A stretch of DNA of 48,627 nucleotides from an uncultured Oscillospiraceae bacterium. Its GTDB lineage: Bacteria; Bacillota; Clostridia; Oscillospirales; Oscillospiraceae. Positions 28,571 through 37,535 of the stretch are shown here, piece by piece. Below the pieces are notes generated by a model. It was given only the letters and a program-made list of their open reading frames with translations. It searched no databases and was not told the DNA's origin. Position 1 is the stretch's first letter. Every line of letters begins with the position of its first letter. The stretch is from NCBI GenBank assembly GCA_964560245.1, contig CAZLLC010000002.1, forward strand, positions 1 through 48,627, written 5' to 3'. The position numbers were made by a program, and so were the translations under genes.

Positions 28571-30811
28571 ATGAAGCTACAACGGTATAATATACAATAT
28601 AATCATTCGGTCACATCCTGGGATGAAGGATTGCCGTTGGGCAATGGAAGGATGGGCTGTCTCCTTTACGGAGACAGTCCTATCCGTTTATCCGTAGATC
28701 GTGTAGATCTGTGGGATACCAGACCCCATCCGGCTACCTCGGAAAAAGGTTTTTGCTATGAAAACCTGGTAAAGCTGTCCACAAGCGGTAAAAAAGCCGA
28801 CTGGGCGGAACGGGATCGCCTGTTTGAGCGGATCTATAGTGAATTTGCCTACCCGTCCAAGATCTCAGCCGGCAGAATAGAGCTTGATTTCGGTGAAAAA
28901 CCGGAGCATATCCAATCTAAAGTGGATATTCAAAAAGCGGTCGGTACGATGTCCTTTGATGGAGGGCGTATAGAGATATTTGCCCACGCCACCCGTTTCT
29001 TTTCGGTGGCAAAGGTGACGGGGGACTTCCGGCTGGATCTGCACATACCAAACTATATCTCCGCCAAACCCTGTTTAAACAATGAGAAGACAGGAGATGG
29101 CGGTGCTGTCAGCGCCCGGGTCGTTATGGGTTACCCCAAGGCCCATATCCGGCGGGAAGGGAACTTCACCTATTACATCCAAAATACTTTGACTGACTTC
29201 TCCTACGGCGTTTTCGTTTATTCCGTAAAAAAAGCGGGGTATACGGAGCTGTATTTTACGATTGAAACCAGTCAGGATTCTGACAATTTTACAGAGCTTG
29301 CCAAGGAGAAGCTTCAAAAAGCCGCTCAAGTGGGTTATAATGTGCTCAAACGGGAGCATATGGACTGGTGGCGGAAGTATTGGGAAAAGTCCCGGATCTC
29401 TATTGGCGACCCCCTGCTGGAAAAGACCTATTACCGCAGCTGGTATCTGTTTGCGTCCTGCAGCCGAAAAGGCTGTTATCCTATGCCTTTACAGGGCGTG
29501 TGGACGGCAGATAACGACTGCCTGCCGCCCTGGAAAGGAGACTACCACCACGATACCAATACCCAGCTTTCTTATCAGGCCTACTTAAAAGCCAACCGCC
29601 TTGAAGAAGGAGAGAGTTTTCCGGACTATCTGTGGCAGTTAAAGCCCCAGTATGAGAAAGTGGCACGGGAGTTTTTTGGCGTGGAGGGTCTGCTGATCCC
29701 CGGCGTGTCCACCATAGACGGAAAGCCTATGGGCGGCTGGTCTCAGTACGCCCTGTCTCCCACTATGAGCATCTGGACAGCCCAAAGCTTTGACGAGTAT
29801 TACCTCTATACCGGTGACCGGGCATTTTTGGAGCAGCGCGCCTTCCCGTTTTTGGATGGGATAGCCACTGCCATAGCTGGGCTGCTGATAGAAAAAGAAG
29901 GTCAGCTTTGTCTGCCCCTTTCCACCTCTCCGGAGATCTATGATGCAACCCCTGAAGCCTACCTGACACCTAACTCCAACTTTGATTTGGCGCTTATGCG
30001 GTATCTGTTTGGCCGCTTGGCGGATTATTGCCGAATTTTGGACAAAGATCCGCACAAGTATGAAAATATTTTGTCTAAGCTGCCGCCTATCGGTATTGTG
30101 GACGGGCATATCGGCTTGAACGCCCTGCAGCGGCTGGATCAGTCCCACAGGCATTTTTCACATCTGATGTGTCTGTATCCTCTGCATCTGATCAATTATG
30201 ATACAGGGGAGCATAAAGCACTCTATGACAATGCCCTTTTGGAGATCGAGCGGCTGGGTATGGGTATGTGGGTAGGATTTTCCTATGCTATGTGCGCTCA
30301 GATCTATGCCATGGCAGAGCAGGGCAACGCAGCCTACGAAAAGCTGCGCCAGTTTGCCGATGGCTTCGTAGCAGATAACGGCTTCCATCTTAACGGCGAT
30401 TTTCGGCATAAAGGTTATACGACCTTCCATTACCGACCCTTCACCTTAGAGAGCCTGTTCGGCTACTGCGACGCGCTGCAGGAAATGCTGCTGCAGGAGC
30501 ATCAGGGCTATTTGCACCTGTTCCCGGCAATTCCCGAGGACTGGCAGCAGCGGACAGTAAGCTTTGAAAACCTGCGCAGCTACGGCGGTGTGCTGGTCAG
30601 CGCATCCTCTGCGGGAGGTTATTTGGAGCAGGTCACACTGCAGCTGCCCCGGGCTATGGAACTGAAAATCAAAAATACATTCAAGGGAACTGCGGTTTGT
30701 GCCCGTTCCTGCGATGGCAATAAGACTGTATCCTGTCAGGATGATATGTTTGTTTTATATCTTCCGGCAGGTGTTACGACCATTACGCCAACAGAAGGAG
30801 ATCACCAATGA
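28571..30811 (+). CDS. GH95-like (alpha/alpha)6 glycoside hydrolase (alpha-L-fucosidase/L-galactosidase-like)
   Basis: WDEGLPLGNGRMG, PLQGVW..PPWKGDYH, STSPE, HRHFSHL, LHLFPAIP. Confidence 0.85.
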   Translation: MKLQRYNIQYNHSVTSWDEGLPLGNGRMGCLLYGDSPIRLSVDRVDLWDTRPHPATSEKGFCYENLVKLSTSGKKADWAERDRLFERIYSEFAYPSKISAGRIELDFGEKPEHIQSKVDIQKAVGTMSFDGGRIEIFAHATRFFSVAKVTGDFRLDLHIPNYISAKPCLNNEKTGDGGAVSARVVMGYPKAHIRREGNFTYYIQNTLTDFSYGVFVYSVKKAGYTELYFTIETSQDSDNFTELAKEKLQKAAQVGYNVLKREHMDWWRKYWEKSRISIGDPLLEKTYYRSWYLFASCSRKGCYPMPLQGVWTADNDCLPPWKGDYHHDTNTQLSYQAYLKANRLEEGESFPDYLWQLKPQYEKVAREFFGVEGLLIPGVSTIDGKPMGGWSQYALSPTMSIWTAQSFDEYYLYTGDRAFLEQRAFPFLDGIATAIAGLLIEKEGQLCLPLSTSPEIYDATPEAYLTPNSNFDLALMRYLFGRLADYCRILDKDPHKYENILSKLPPIGIVDGHIGLNALQRLDQSHRHFSHLMCLYPLHLINYDTGEHKALYDNALLEIERLGMGMWVGFSYAMCAQIYAMAEQGNAAYEKLRQFADGFVADNGFHLNGDFRHKGYTTFHYRPFTLESLFGYCDALQEMLLQEHQGYLHLFPAIPEDWQQRTVSFENLRSYGGVLVSASSAGGYLEQVTLQLPRAMELKIKNTFKGTAVCARSCDGNKTVSCQDDMFVLYLPAGVTTITPTEGDHQ

Positions 30812-31971
30812 AAAGTGAAATAAAATTTGGCTTTTGGAATTATGTAGAAAGCGGTGTATTCGGCAAGGAAGCCGTGCAGGATTGGGCGGATATGCACTGC
30901 AATCTGCCTATGAGCTTCAACTATGACCACACCTGCCATAACAAACAGGATATGCTAGATGTTCTGGATGAGTGCCAAAAATACGGTATGAAGCTGATCA
31001 TCCGGGACACCCGCACAAGATTCAGAACTTTGGAACGGGTAGGGGAGGAACAGTTTGCTCAGGGCGTAAAGGAGGCTTATGCCGACTTTGGCAAGCATCC
31101 CGCAACCTTTGGCTTCTTCGTGGGTGATGAGCCCAGACCGGATCAAAACGAGCTGTACATCAAAACGGTACAGATCGTGATGGAGCATACCCCCGGCTTG
31201 ATCCCCTACGGCAATTTAGTGCCCTATTGGGGCGGCGGTTCGGATTACGATATGCTGGTTGGTGCGCCTGAAGAGGAGCACACCAAATTGGTGGACGATT
31301 ACCTGCGGGAGACCAAGGTGCCGCTGCTGGGCTATGACCAGTACAGCCAGTGCTTAAACGATGCCCACAATCAGCAGGTTGGCATCAACAGCTACTTTTT
31401 GGTGCTGGATAAGTACTGTGAGCTGGCAAAAAAGTATGACATTCCGTTCTATCCCACATTGCTTTCCTGCGGTCACTGGGGCTGCCGTGTGCCGACTGAG
31501 GATGATATCCGCTGGCAGATCTATACGGCGCTGGCTCACGGCGCAAGAGGTATTTTGTGGTTCCATCTGTATCAGCGCGGCGCTGGCAGCAGCTATGTAG
31601 GCTTGCCCCTGCTGGGACCCGACCGGCTGAGAACGCCTTTGTTTGATATTATTTCCCGTCAGCACTATATTTTTAATTGCTACTATCGGGAGATCTTTGA
31701 AAAGCTTGAGATGACTGCGGTTTACCATACCGGTCATATCTATGACCCGAAAAAGCGGTTCTGCGCCGATGATGTACTGCTGGATGTGAACGGCAAGTTC
31801 TCCTATCCCACCATCATCACCTACTATAAGGAAATCGATTCGGATCAGCGGTGGATGTCCATCGTCAATGCCCATCAGCGGCTTTCCAACCGGATCAAGC
31901 TGACTTACCGGGACGGCAAGGTAGAGCATTATTGGCTTGCCCCCGGTGAGATGAAACTGATCAAGCTCTGA
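30808..31971 (+). CDS. Cytoplasmic paralogue of the 'DEP' TIM-barrel glycosidase-like family
   Basis: HPATFGFFVGDEP, GNL, GYDQY, IRWQIYTALAHGARGILWF and terminal LAPGEMKL; no signal peptide. Confidence 0.68.
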   Translation: MKSEIKFGFWNYVESGVFGKEAVQDWADMHCNLPMSFNYDHTCHNKQDMLDVLDECQKYGMKLIIRDTRTRFRTLERVGEEQFAQGVKEAYADFGKHPATFGFFVGDEPRPDQNELYIKTVQIVMEHTPGLIPYGNLVPYWGGGSDYDMLVGAPEEEHTKLVDDYLRETKVPLLGYDQYSQCLNDAHNQQVGINSYFLVLDKYCELAKKYDIPFYPTLLSCGHWGCRVPTEDDIRWQIYTALAHGARGILWFHLYQRGAGSSYVGLPLLGPDRLRTPLFDIISRQHYIFNCYYREIFEKLEMTAVYHTGHIYDPKKRFCADDVLLDVNGKFSYPTIITYYKEIDSDQRWMSIVNAHQRLSNRIKLTYRDGKVEHYWLAPGEMKLIKL

Positions 31972-31990
31972 TGCTGAAAGGAAGAGAAAA

Positions 31991-32803
31991 ATGAAGCTTT
32001 CAATATGGTCAAGCTACTATATGGACTTAAATGCAGAGGATGCCATTAAGAGATTGGCTCAAAACGGCATAAATTGCTGCGAGCTTTCTGACGAGCACGG
32101 TCTGGAGCTGCTGTCCAGAGGCGATGATGTGATCAAAACGGGAAAAGCATTTGCCCAATTTCTGCAGGAGCAGAATATGGAGGTTTCTCAGGGACATCTG
32201 TGGCTGTACATCAAAATATGTACGGATGAGGATGCTCTGGAAAAGCTTTACCGGTGGATCGATCTGTATGAAGCCATCGGCATCAAAAATATGGTGCTTC
32301 ACTGCGACAGTATGATCGATACAGACTTCAGCCGTCAGGAAAAGATGGAAAAGAATATCGAAAAATTGCGGTTATTGGCAGAATACATCAAAAACAAGGA
32401 CATTACTGTTTGTCTTGAAAACTTAGGCAAAACATCCATAGTCAAAAATGCTGATGATTTGCTGTATATGATCGATCATATAAAAAGCAGCAGATTCGGC
32501 ATCTGCCTGGATACAGGACATTTGAATTTAACGGATAAGGATCAGCGGCAATTTATACTGAAAGCCGGTGATAAGCTGAAAGCCTTGCATATTGCCGACA
32601 ATCACGGCGAATTGGATGACCATCTGATGCCCTTTAACGGCGGTGAGATCGACTTCACCGAGGTGGTTAAAGCGCTTAAAGAAATCAACTATAAAGGTAT
32701 TTTTAATCTTGAAATTCCCGGGGAACGAAAAGTTCCTATACAATTGCGGGATGCGAAGATCCAATATGTAAAAGCAACCTATGAGTATTTGATGAGTCTG
32801 TAA
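31991..32803 (+). CDS. Sugar phosphate isomerase/epimerase (xylose-isomerase-like TIM barrel)
   Basis: CLENL, CLDTGH, LHIADN, DDHLMP and NLEIP metal-binding pattern. Confidence 0.88.
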   Translation: MKLSIWSSYYMDLNAEDAIKRLAQNGINCCELSDEHGLELLSRGDDVIKTGKAFAQFLQEQNMEVSQGHLWLYIKICTDEDALEKLYRWIDLYEAIGIKNMVLHCDSMIDTDFSRQEKMEKNIEKLRLLAEYIKNKDITVCLENLGKTSIVKNADDLLYMIDHIKSSRFGICLDTGHLNLTDKDQRQFILKAGDKLKALHIADNHGELDDHLMPFNGGEIDFTEVVKALKEINYKGIFNLEIPGERKVPIQLRDAKIQYVKATYEYLMSL

Positions 32804-32852
32804 ATAAAAATGCGATCAAATAAGGAACTTGTTTGCAATGCATAATGTAAAA

Positions 32853-32894
32853 AAGGTAGACACGCTGGTTTTCAGTGTGTCTACCTTTAGTTTT
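32853..32894. terminator. Probably bidirectional intrinsic terminator between convergent operons
   Basis: AAAGGTAGACACGCTG-gtttt-CAGTGTGTCTACCTTT, flanked by an A-run and a T-rich tail. Confidence 0.8.
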
Positions 32895-32900
32895 GCTTCA

Positions 32901-33056
32901 TACTAAATCTTAATAAAATCCTTTAACTCTCGCCGGTCAAAATTTCGCCATAATGCGTTCTCCTCCTTGATGGGCGTCAGCCCATCTGCGTCGTCGGCCT
33001 TTTCTGGCGAAATTTATCCTCGGCGAGCTTTTAAAGTTTTCTATTAAGAATTAGTA
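32901..33056. mobile_element. ERIC-like miniature palindromic element (MITE), 156 bp
   Basis: Imperfect ~50-bp terminal inverted arms TACTAAATCTTAATA..AAATTTCGCCA / TGGCGAAATTT..TATTAAGAATTAGTA; central hairpin GATGGGC-gtca-GCCCATC; TCA on both flanks. Confidence 0.65.
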
Positions 33057-33857
33057 TCAGTCGGCAACGATGGCGGTTCCGGCGGGGATCTTTATAATCC
33101 TGGATTTGTCTTTTTCAACCCACACATCCATTGCGGAGGGGTTATAAAACATTCTTTCGTCGGCGGAGATCTTCAGCATTTTTTGCGCTGAAATGTAATC
33201 GAAGATCTCACCGTTTGCAGCATACCATATTTTGTCATTGTTGCAGAGGGTCTGAAGCAGCCTTTCTGTATTTTTCCATTCGTCTTCCGTTGTTAATTCG
33301 TGACTGTGTCCCCAAATATAGAAAAGAGGCTTTGCCCATGGGCTGTCTATATCCTTTAAAAAGCGCTCTGCAAGAGACATAGCTTTTTTGAAGTGACAGG
33401 TGGGATGCCATTCCAAAAAATTCTCCGGAAGATCAAAATCCTGTGTATCCTTGACGGTTCGTGCATAGTCGATATCGCAGGAATTTATAATTTGAATCAC
33501 ATTCGGGCTGTAAGAACCGCTGGGGTAGGACATACCGGTCACCGGATATCCGGCGATTTGTTCAAGAGTTCTTCTGTCATCCATTATTTCTGTAACGAGG
33601 GAAGCATTGGGCATCCTGGAAGGCCAGCCGTGTGAAAGGGTATGACAGGCAATCTCGTGATTGCGGTATAGTTCCCGAACTTCTTTTAATTCTTCATCTG
33701 TTTTTCCTATGTGGTTTTTGCCGTTCAGGTGAAATGTAGCTTTAAGATGATACTGATCAAAAAGGGAAATCAGCCGTGCATCATTTTGGGAGCCATCGTC
33801 AAAGCTGAAGGTCACGATCCGCTTTACACCGCCCGGATAAATATGATATTGGATCAT
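33057..33857 (-). CDS. Polysaccharide deacetylase (NodB/CE4 family)
   Basis: TFSFDDG, ATFHLN, HEIACHTLSH, SYPSG, WGHSHE. Confidence 0.9.
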   Translation of the reverse strand: MIQYHIYPGGVKRIVTFSFDDGSQNDARLISLFDQYHLKATFHLNGKNHIGKTDEELKEVRELYRNHEIACHTLSHGWPSRMPNASLVTEIMDDRRTLEQIAGYPVTGMSYPSGSYSPNVIQIINSCDIDYARTVKDTQDFDLPENFLEWHPTCHFKKAMSLAERFLKDIDSPWAKPLFYIWGHSHELTTEDEWKNTERLLQTLCNNDKIWYAANGEIFDYISAQKMLKISADERMFYNPSAMDVWVEKDKSRIIKIPAGTAIVAD

Positions 33858-33871
33858 CGCTTATACCCTCC

Positions 33872-34747
33872 TTATAAATTGAAAAGCAGTATTGCTGTTA
33901 TGCCTAAGCAAAAGGCGGCTATTTGACTTTTGCTGATCTTTTCTCTAAGCACGATAACAGATATTTCCAAAGCTGCCAGTATTACGCTGACATTTACAAT
34001 GGGGAATACAACAGCGCTTGGAAGCAAACCTGCAAGCATGGTGTTTGCTGTATTGGCGACCGCCATAGAAGCTCCTACAATTATGACGTGTAACACAACG
34101 TGGGCATCTATGCGGATTTTTTGTTCAGATTTTTTCCGCTTTAACAAGGAAGCTGCTAATGAAAAAAGCATTGCCAAAACAAAAGCCAGGAATAAGAAGC
34201 TTCCCGTTTCATTATGCGCATCGGATTTTTGCTGAATTTTCTGCACAAGGCCCAGCCCACCGGATGACAGCATGGCAATGATCAGGCTCATCGGTAGCCC
34301 ATACGGTTTGTTTTGATTTTTTTCCGGCTTGATCGATGTGAGAATGATCGTACCGACACAAAGCAATATGCTGATGATCTTCAGCGCATTCATATGTTCC
34401 TGCCATAAGACCGTTCCAAAAACAGTTGGAATAATAAAGCCCAACGAATAAACCATTGCGCAGACGGAAACAGGCGCCTTTGTAAGCGCTGCAGTATAAG
34501 TCCACTGGGAAGAAATCGTCAGTATTCCGTAGGCAAGCGCCAGGAGTATCGTTGTTGCTGACGGATAAACCATATCTTTTATATTTACGACCCCGATCAC
34601 TGCCGCTGCTACAGCAAACAAAAGGGTCTGGATAATATAAAAGCTTTGTTTGCTGCTGTTGCAAGCGCCCAGTTTTTTGGAAAAAACCGCTCTTGCAGTT
34701 GAGCAGACAACGGAAGCCGTTAAAAGCAACATTGTAACAGGACTCAT
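33872..34747 (-). CDS. DMT/EamA-family membrane transporter
   Basis: About 10 hydrophobic segments in two repeats; FPIVN..LREK pattern. Confidence 0.8.
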   Translation of the reverse strand: MSPVTMLLLTASVVCSTARAVFSKKLGACNSSKQSFYIIQTLLFAVAAAVIGVVNIKDMVYPSATTILLALAYGILTISSQWTYTAALTKAPVSVCAMVYSLGFIIPTVFGTVLWQEHMNALKIISILLCVGTIILTSIKPEKNQNKPYGLPMSLIIAMLSSGGLGLVQKIQQKSDAHNETGSFLFLAFVLAMLFSLAASLLKRKKSEQKIRIDAHVVLHVIIVGASMAVANTANTMLAGLLPSAVVFPIVNVSVILAALEISVIVLREKISKSQIAAFCLGITAILLFNL

Positions 34748-35859
34748 TGCACATTACCCTTGATGATCTCAGCCAAATTGGGACTTAGTATTTTCCTTGT
34801 ATCATCATCAACAAGGCTGAAACGGTTGCCGTCATAGGGGGTGCTCAGGTAATTCCAAACACAGTAGGGCATACCGTTTTCTTTGGCAAAGCGGATCAGA
34901 TCCCGCATATAGTTTTCACGGTATTTCACTGGACAGTGACGGATCGTTCCAAATTCGCCCAGCCACAGAATTTTGTCCGGATGGTTCTGCACAAAATCAC
35001 TGGCAGGTTTCAGTGTATTACAAAGCCATTCGTAATCAATAGCAGCTGCATCCGGATAGGCTTTGGCCTGAGGATCCTTGCGCATAAGCTGCGCATAACT
35101 GTCATATCGCGCTATTTCCTCGGGGGTAACAGCAGGGTAGGGCATTACCCGGTTGTAATAATGCTGCGCCGGTTGTAAAACACCCCGCTGATGGGTGAAC
35201 TCGTGGGGACTGTAATTGTGAAATGTATATATAATTTTTTCGTCATCCCATACCTTCAGGAACGGAAGCTTTGGGGCGCTGTTCCAGCAGGTGCTTCCCA
35301 CAATGATATATCTGTCGGTGTTGATTTTGCGAATAGCCCGGATCGTTCTGTCGGCAAGCGCATTCCACTTTTGGGGTTCGATATCAAGCACTTCGTTTAA
35401 AAGCTCAAACATAACCTCGCTGTGACCGGAAAAGCGTTTTTCCATCTCGACCCAGAGCGCAATAAATCGCTGTTGAAGCGCCTCATCTTCGAAAAGAGAG
35501 ACCGTTTCCTCGATATCGCAATAATTACCCACAGCCTTGTGCAAATTCAGAACAACACGCAAACCGTGTTTTTCACAGGCATTTACAAATGATTGAAGAT
35601 AACCGAAGATCTCATCACGGTAGTGATAGGGATTTTCATAATACTCCATAACGATCTGATCAAAGCCAATACGCACGTGATCCATTCCCATATTTTTGAT
35701 GTTTTCTGCATCCCATGCGGTGATGTAGCTTGCAAAATGCTCCATATCCCCAACGGTTATCGGCATTCGCCAGGCATCCGGCAATGTATTGAATCGCTTG
35801 TAGTTTGTAAGCCAGCCGCCGATACCCATACCGCGCTGAAACCCTTTTATTGTTTTCAT
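34744..35859 (-). CDS. GH5-family glycoside hydrolase (cytoplasmic)
   Basis: GMGIGGWL, DHVRI, LNLH, FELLNE acid/base, YTFHNY, LGEFG nucleophile; SD AAGGAG. Confidence 0.9.
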   Translation of the reverse strand: MKTIKGFQRGMGIGGWLTNYKRFNTLPDAWRMPITVGDMEHFASYITAWDAENIKNMGMDHVRIGFDQIVMEYYENPYHYRDEIFGYLQSFVNACEKHGLRVVLNLHKAVGNYCDIEETVSLFEDEALQQRFIALWVEMEKRFSGHSEVMFELLNEVLDIEPQKWNALADRTIRAIRKINTDRYIIVGSTCWNSAPKLPFLKVWDDEKIIYTFHNYSPHEFTHQRGVLQPAQHYYNRVMPYPAVTPEEIARYDSYAQLMRKDPQAKAYPDAAAIDYEWLCNTLKPASDFVQNHPDKILWLGEFGTIRHCPVKYRENYMRDLIRFAKENGMPYCVWNYLSTPYDGNRFSLVDDDTRKILSPNLAEIIKGNVQ

Positions 35860-35930
35860 ACGTGTACACTCCTTTTGAAAGAATTATACAAAACTACGGC
35901 GTGTATTGCTATGATATAAAATAGATGTAT

Positions 35931-35959
35931 TTGCACAAAAGATAGATTTGTGCTATAGT
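35931..35959 (+). promoter_or_regulatory. Probable sigmaA promoter for the araC gene
   Basis: TTGCAC, 17-nt spacer, TATAGT with an extended -10 TG; overlapped by the inverted repeat GCACAAA..TTTGTGC. Confidence 0.5.
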
Positions 35960-35977
35960 GATCAGGAGGTGAGCAGG

Positions 35978-36700
35978 ATGGATTATCATATCAGCATCAC
36001 AGAAGATGGAATTACCAGTTATCCTATGCATAAGCATACGTTTTGCGAGATTATGCTATATTTGGAAGGTACGGGCTTTTTGAGAACAGAAAAGGGCGAT
36101 ATTCCTTTTGAAAGAGGAACAGCCATTATTGTACCGGCGCATATGATGCACGGCTCTGTATCAGAAAACGGCTTTAAAAATATTTCCTTAGGCGGAACAT
36201 TTGAAAACCTGTTGCTTTTTGATCAGCCTGTTTCCGTTCAGACCACCGAAGACAGCAGTATTCTCAGCAAGCTGATCTATGGCAATAGATTTTCTGACAG
36301 CTTATACTTAAATGCGCTTGTAAATTGCTATCTGTCTTCCCTAATGCAAAGCGTTCAAAGCGCCTCGCATATTGATCGCGCAATTGATAAGATCATTAAA
36401 ACCGTCTCTCAAAATGCCTTAAACCCGGATTTTAGTATCACAGAAGCCCTTCATTTATCGGGTTACGCCGAGGATTATATTCGCGCCAAATTTAAGGAAA
36501 CAACAGGCAAGACTCCCACAGAATTTGTCAGTACCGTTCGCATTGACCACGCCTGTAAGCTGATGGACATTTACGGCAAGGAGCTGTCGGTTACCGAGCT
36601 TTCCGAAAAATGCGGTTTTGCCAGCGCGCCCTATTTTTCCCGTGTGTTTAAAAAGATCAAGCAGATCAGTCCGGCGCAGTATATGCGTACCCGGTTTTAA
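35978..36700 (+). CDS. AraC-family transcriptional regulator
   Basis: MHKHTFCEIMLY cupin motif; LSEKCGFASAPYFSRVFKK HTH; ATG 35978 follows SD AGGAGGTG. Confidence 0.9.
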   Translation: MDYHISITEDGITSYPMHKHTFCEIMLYLEGTGFLRTEKGDIPFERGTAIIVPAHMMHGSVSENGFKNISLGGTFENLLLFDQPVSVQTTEDSSILSKLIYGNRFSDSLYLNALVNCYLSSLMQSVQSASHIDRAIDKIIKTVSQNALNPDFSITEALHLSGYAEDYIRAKFKETTGKTPTEFVSTVRIDHACKLMDIYGKELSVTELSEKCGFASAPYFSRVFKKIKQISPAQYMRTRF

Positions 36701-36746
36701 CCTGGGCGACAAGAGGACGGTTTTTTGCCTTGCACTTTAATATGCT

Positions 36747-36780
36747 GAAGCCCCGTGCCGACAATCGGCACGGGGCTTTC
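36747..36780. terminator. Intrinsic terminator between convergent genes
   Basis: AAGCCCCGTGCCGA-caa-TCGGCACGGGGCTTT. Confidence 0.85.
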
Positions 36781-36786
36781 GTCATA

Positions 36787-37518
36787 TCAGTGTGTCAGTA
36801 TAAATTGGATCACCGGCGCATTGTCCGCAAGACCGTGGGGGTGGTGGTCACATTCCGGCTTTAGATGGCATTCAAAATCAACTTCAGATGCCTCGTAGGC
36901 GCTCTGTAAATAGTGACCGTTTTCGTGATAGGGTACAACCCTGTCTGCAAGGCCGGCAACCAGCACCACCGGAATCTTATACTGTAGAAGAAGGGGGATC
37001 TGATCCAGCGGCATCTGCCGGTAGGCGATCAGCTCAGACATACTTTGGATTTGAAGCGCATTGTAGAGCTCCTCCATCTGGATACCAATCTCTTCCCGCT
37101 TGGCAACGCCTAAACATCCGGGACAGCTTAAGTAGTTGATCACAGGCGCGTCCAAATACAGACAGGAAATGATTTCCGGGTATTTGGCTGCCAGCTTGAT
37201 AGCCATTAGACCGCCACAGCTCATACCGATGGGCACAACACGCTTTTGGAGCTTATATTTTGTGGTAACAAAACCGATAAATCTGGCTGCCCGATCCAAA
37301 TCCTCGTCTGTACCCCAACGGTTATCGCTTTTTACATAGCAAAGATGGAAGCCGTGCTTCAACAGCTCAATTTCTGCCGCCTGGGGAAAAGCATCCCGAT
37401 ACACCAGCTTCACTGCCAAACGACCATTTTTCGTTCCTTCCTTTGGAAAAACGACACTTGCCTGCCGACCCTCAAAAAGAAACTCTTCCATTAAAAAATT
37501 GTTCCATAATTTGGACAT
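36787..37518 (-). CDS. Alpha/beta hydrolase (esterase-like)
   Basis: GMSCGG nucleophile elbow, ADRVVP acid, HHPHG histidine. Confidence 0.85.
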   Translation of the reverse strand: MSKLWNNFLMEEFLFEGRQASVVFPKEGTKNGRLAVKLVYRDAFPQAAEIELLKHGFHLCYVKSDNRWGTDEDLDRAARFIGFVTTKYKLQKRVVPIGMSCGGLMAIKLAAKYPEIISCLYLDAPVINYLSCPGCLGVAKREEIGIQMEELYNALQIQSMSELIAYRQMPLDQIPLLLQYKIPVVLVAGLADRVVPYHENGHYLQSAYEASEVDFECHLKPECDHHPHGLADNAPVIQFILTH

Positions 37519-37535
37519 AAAAACGTTCCTCCTTG

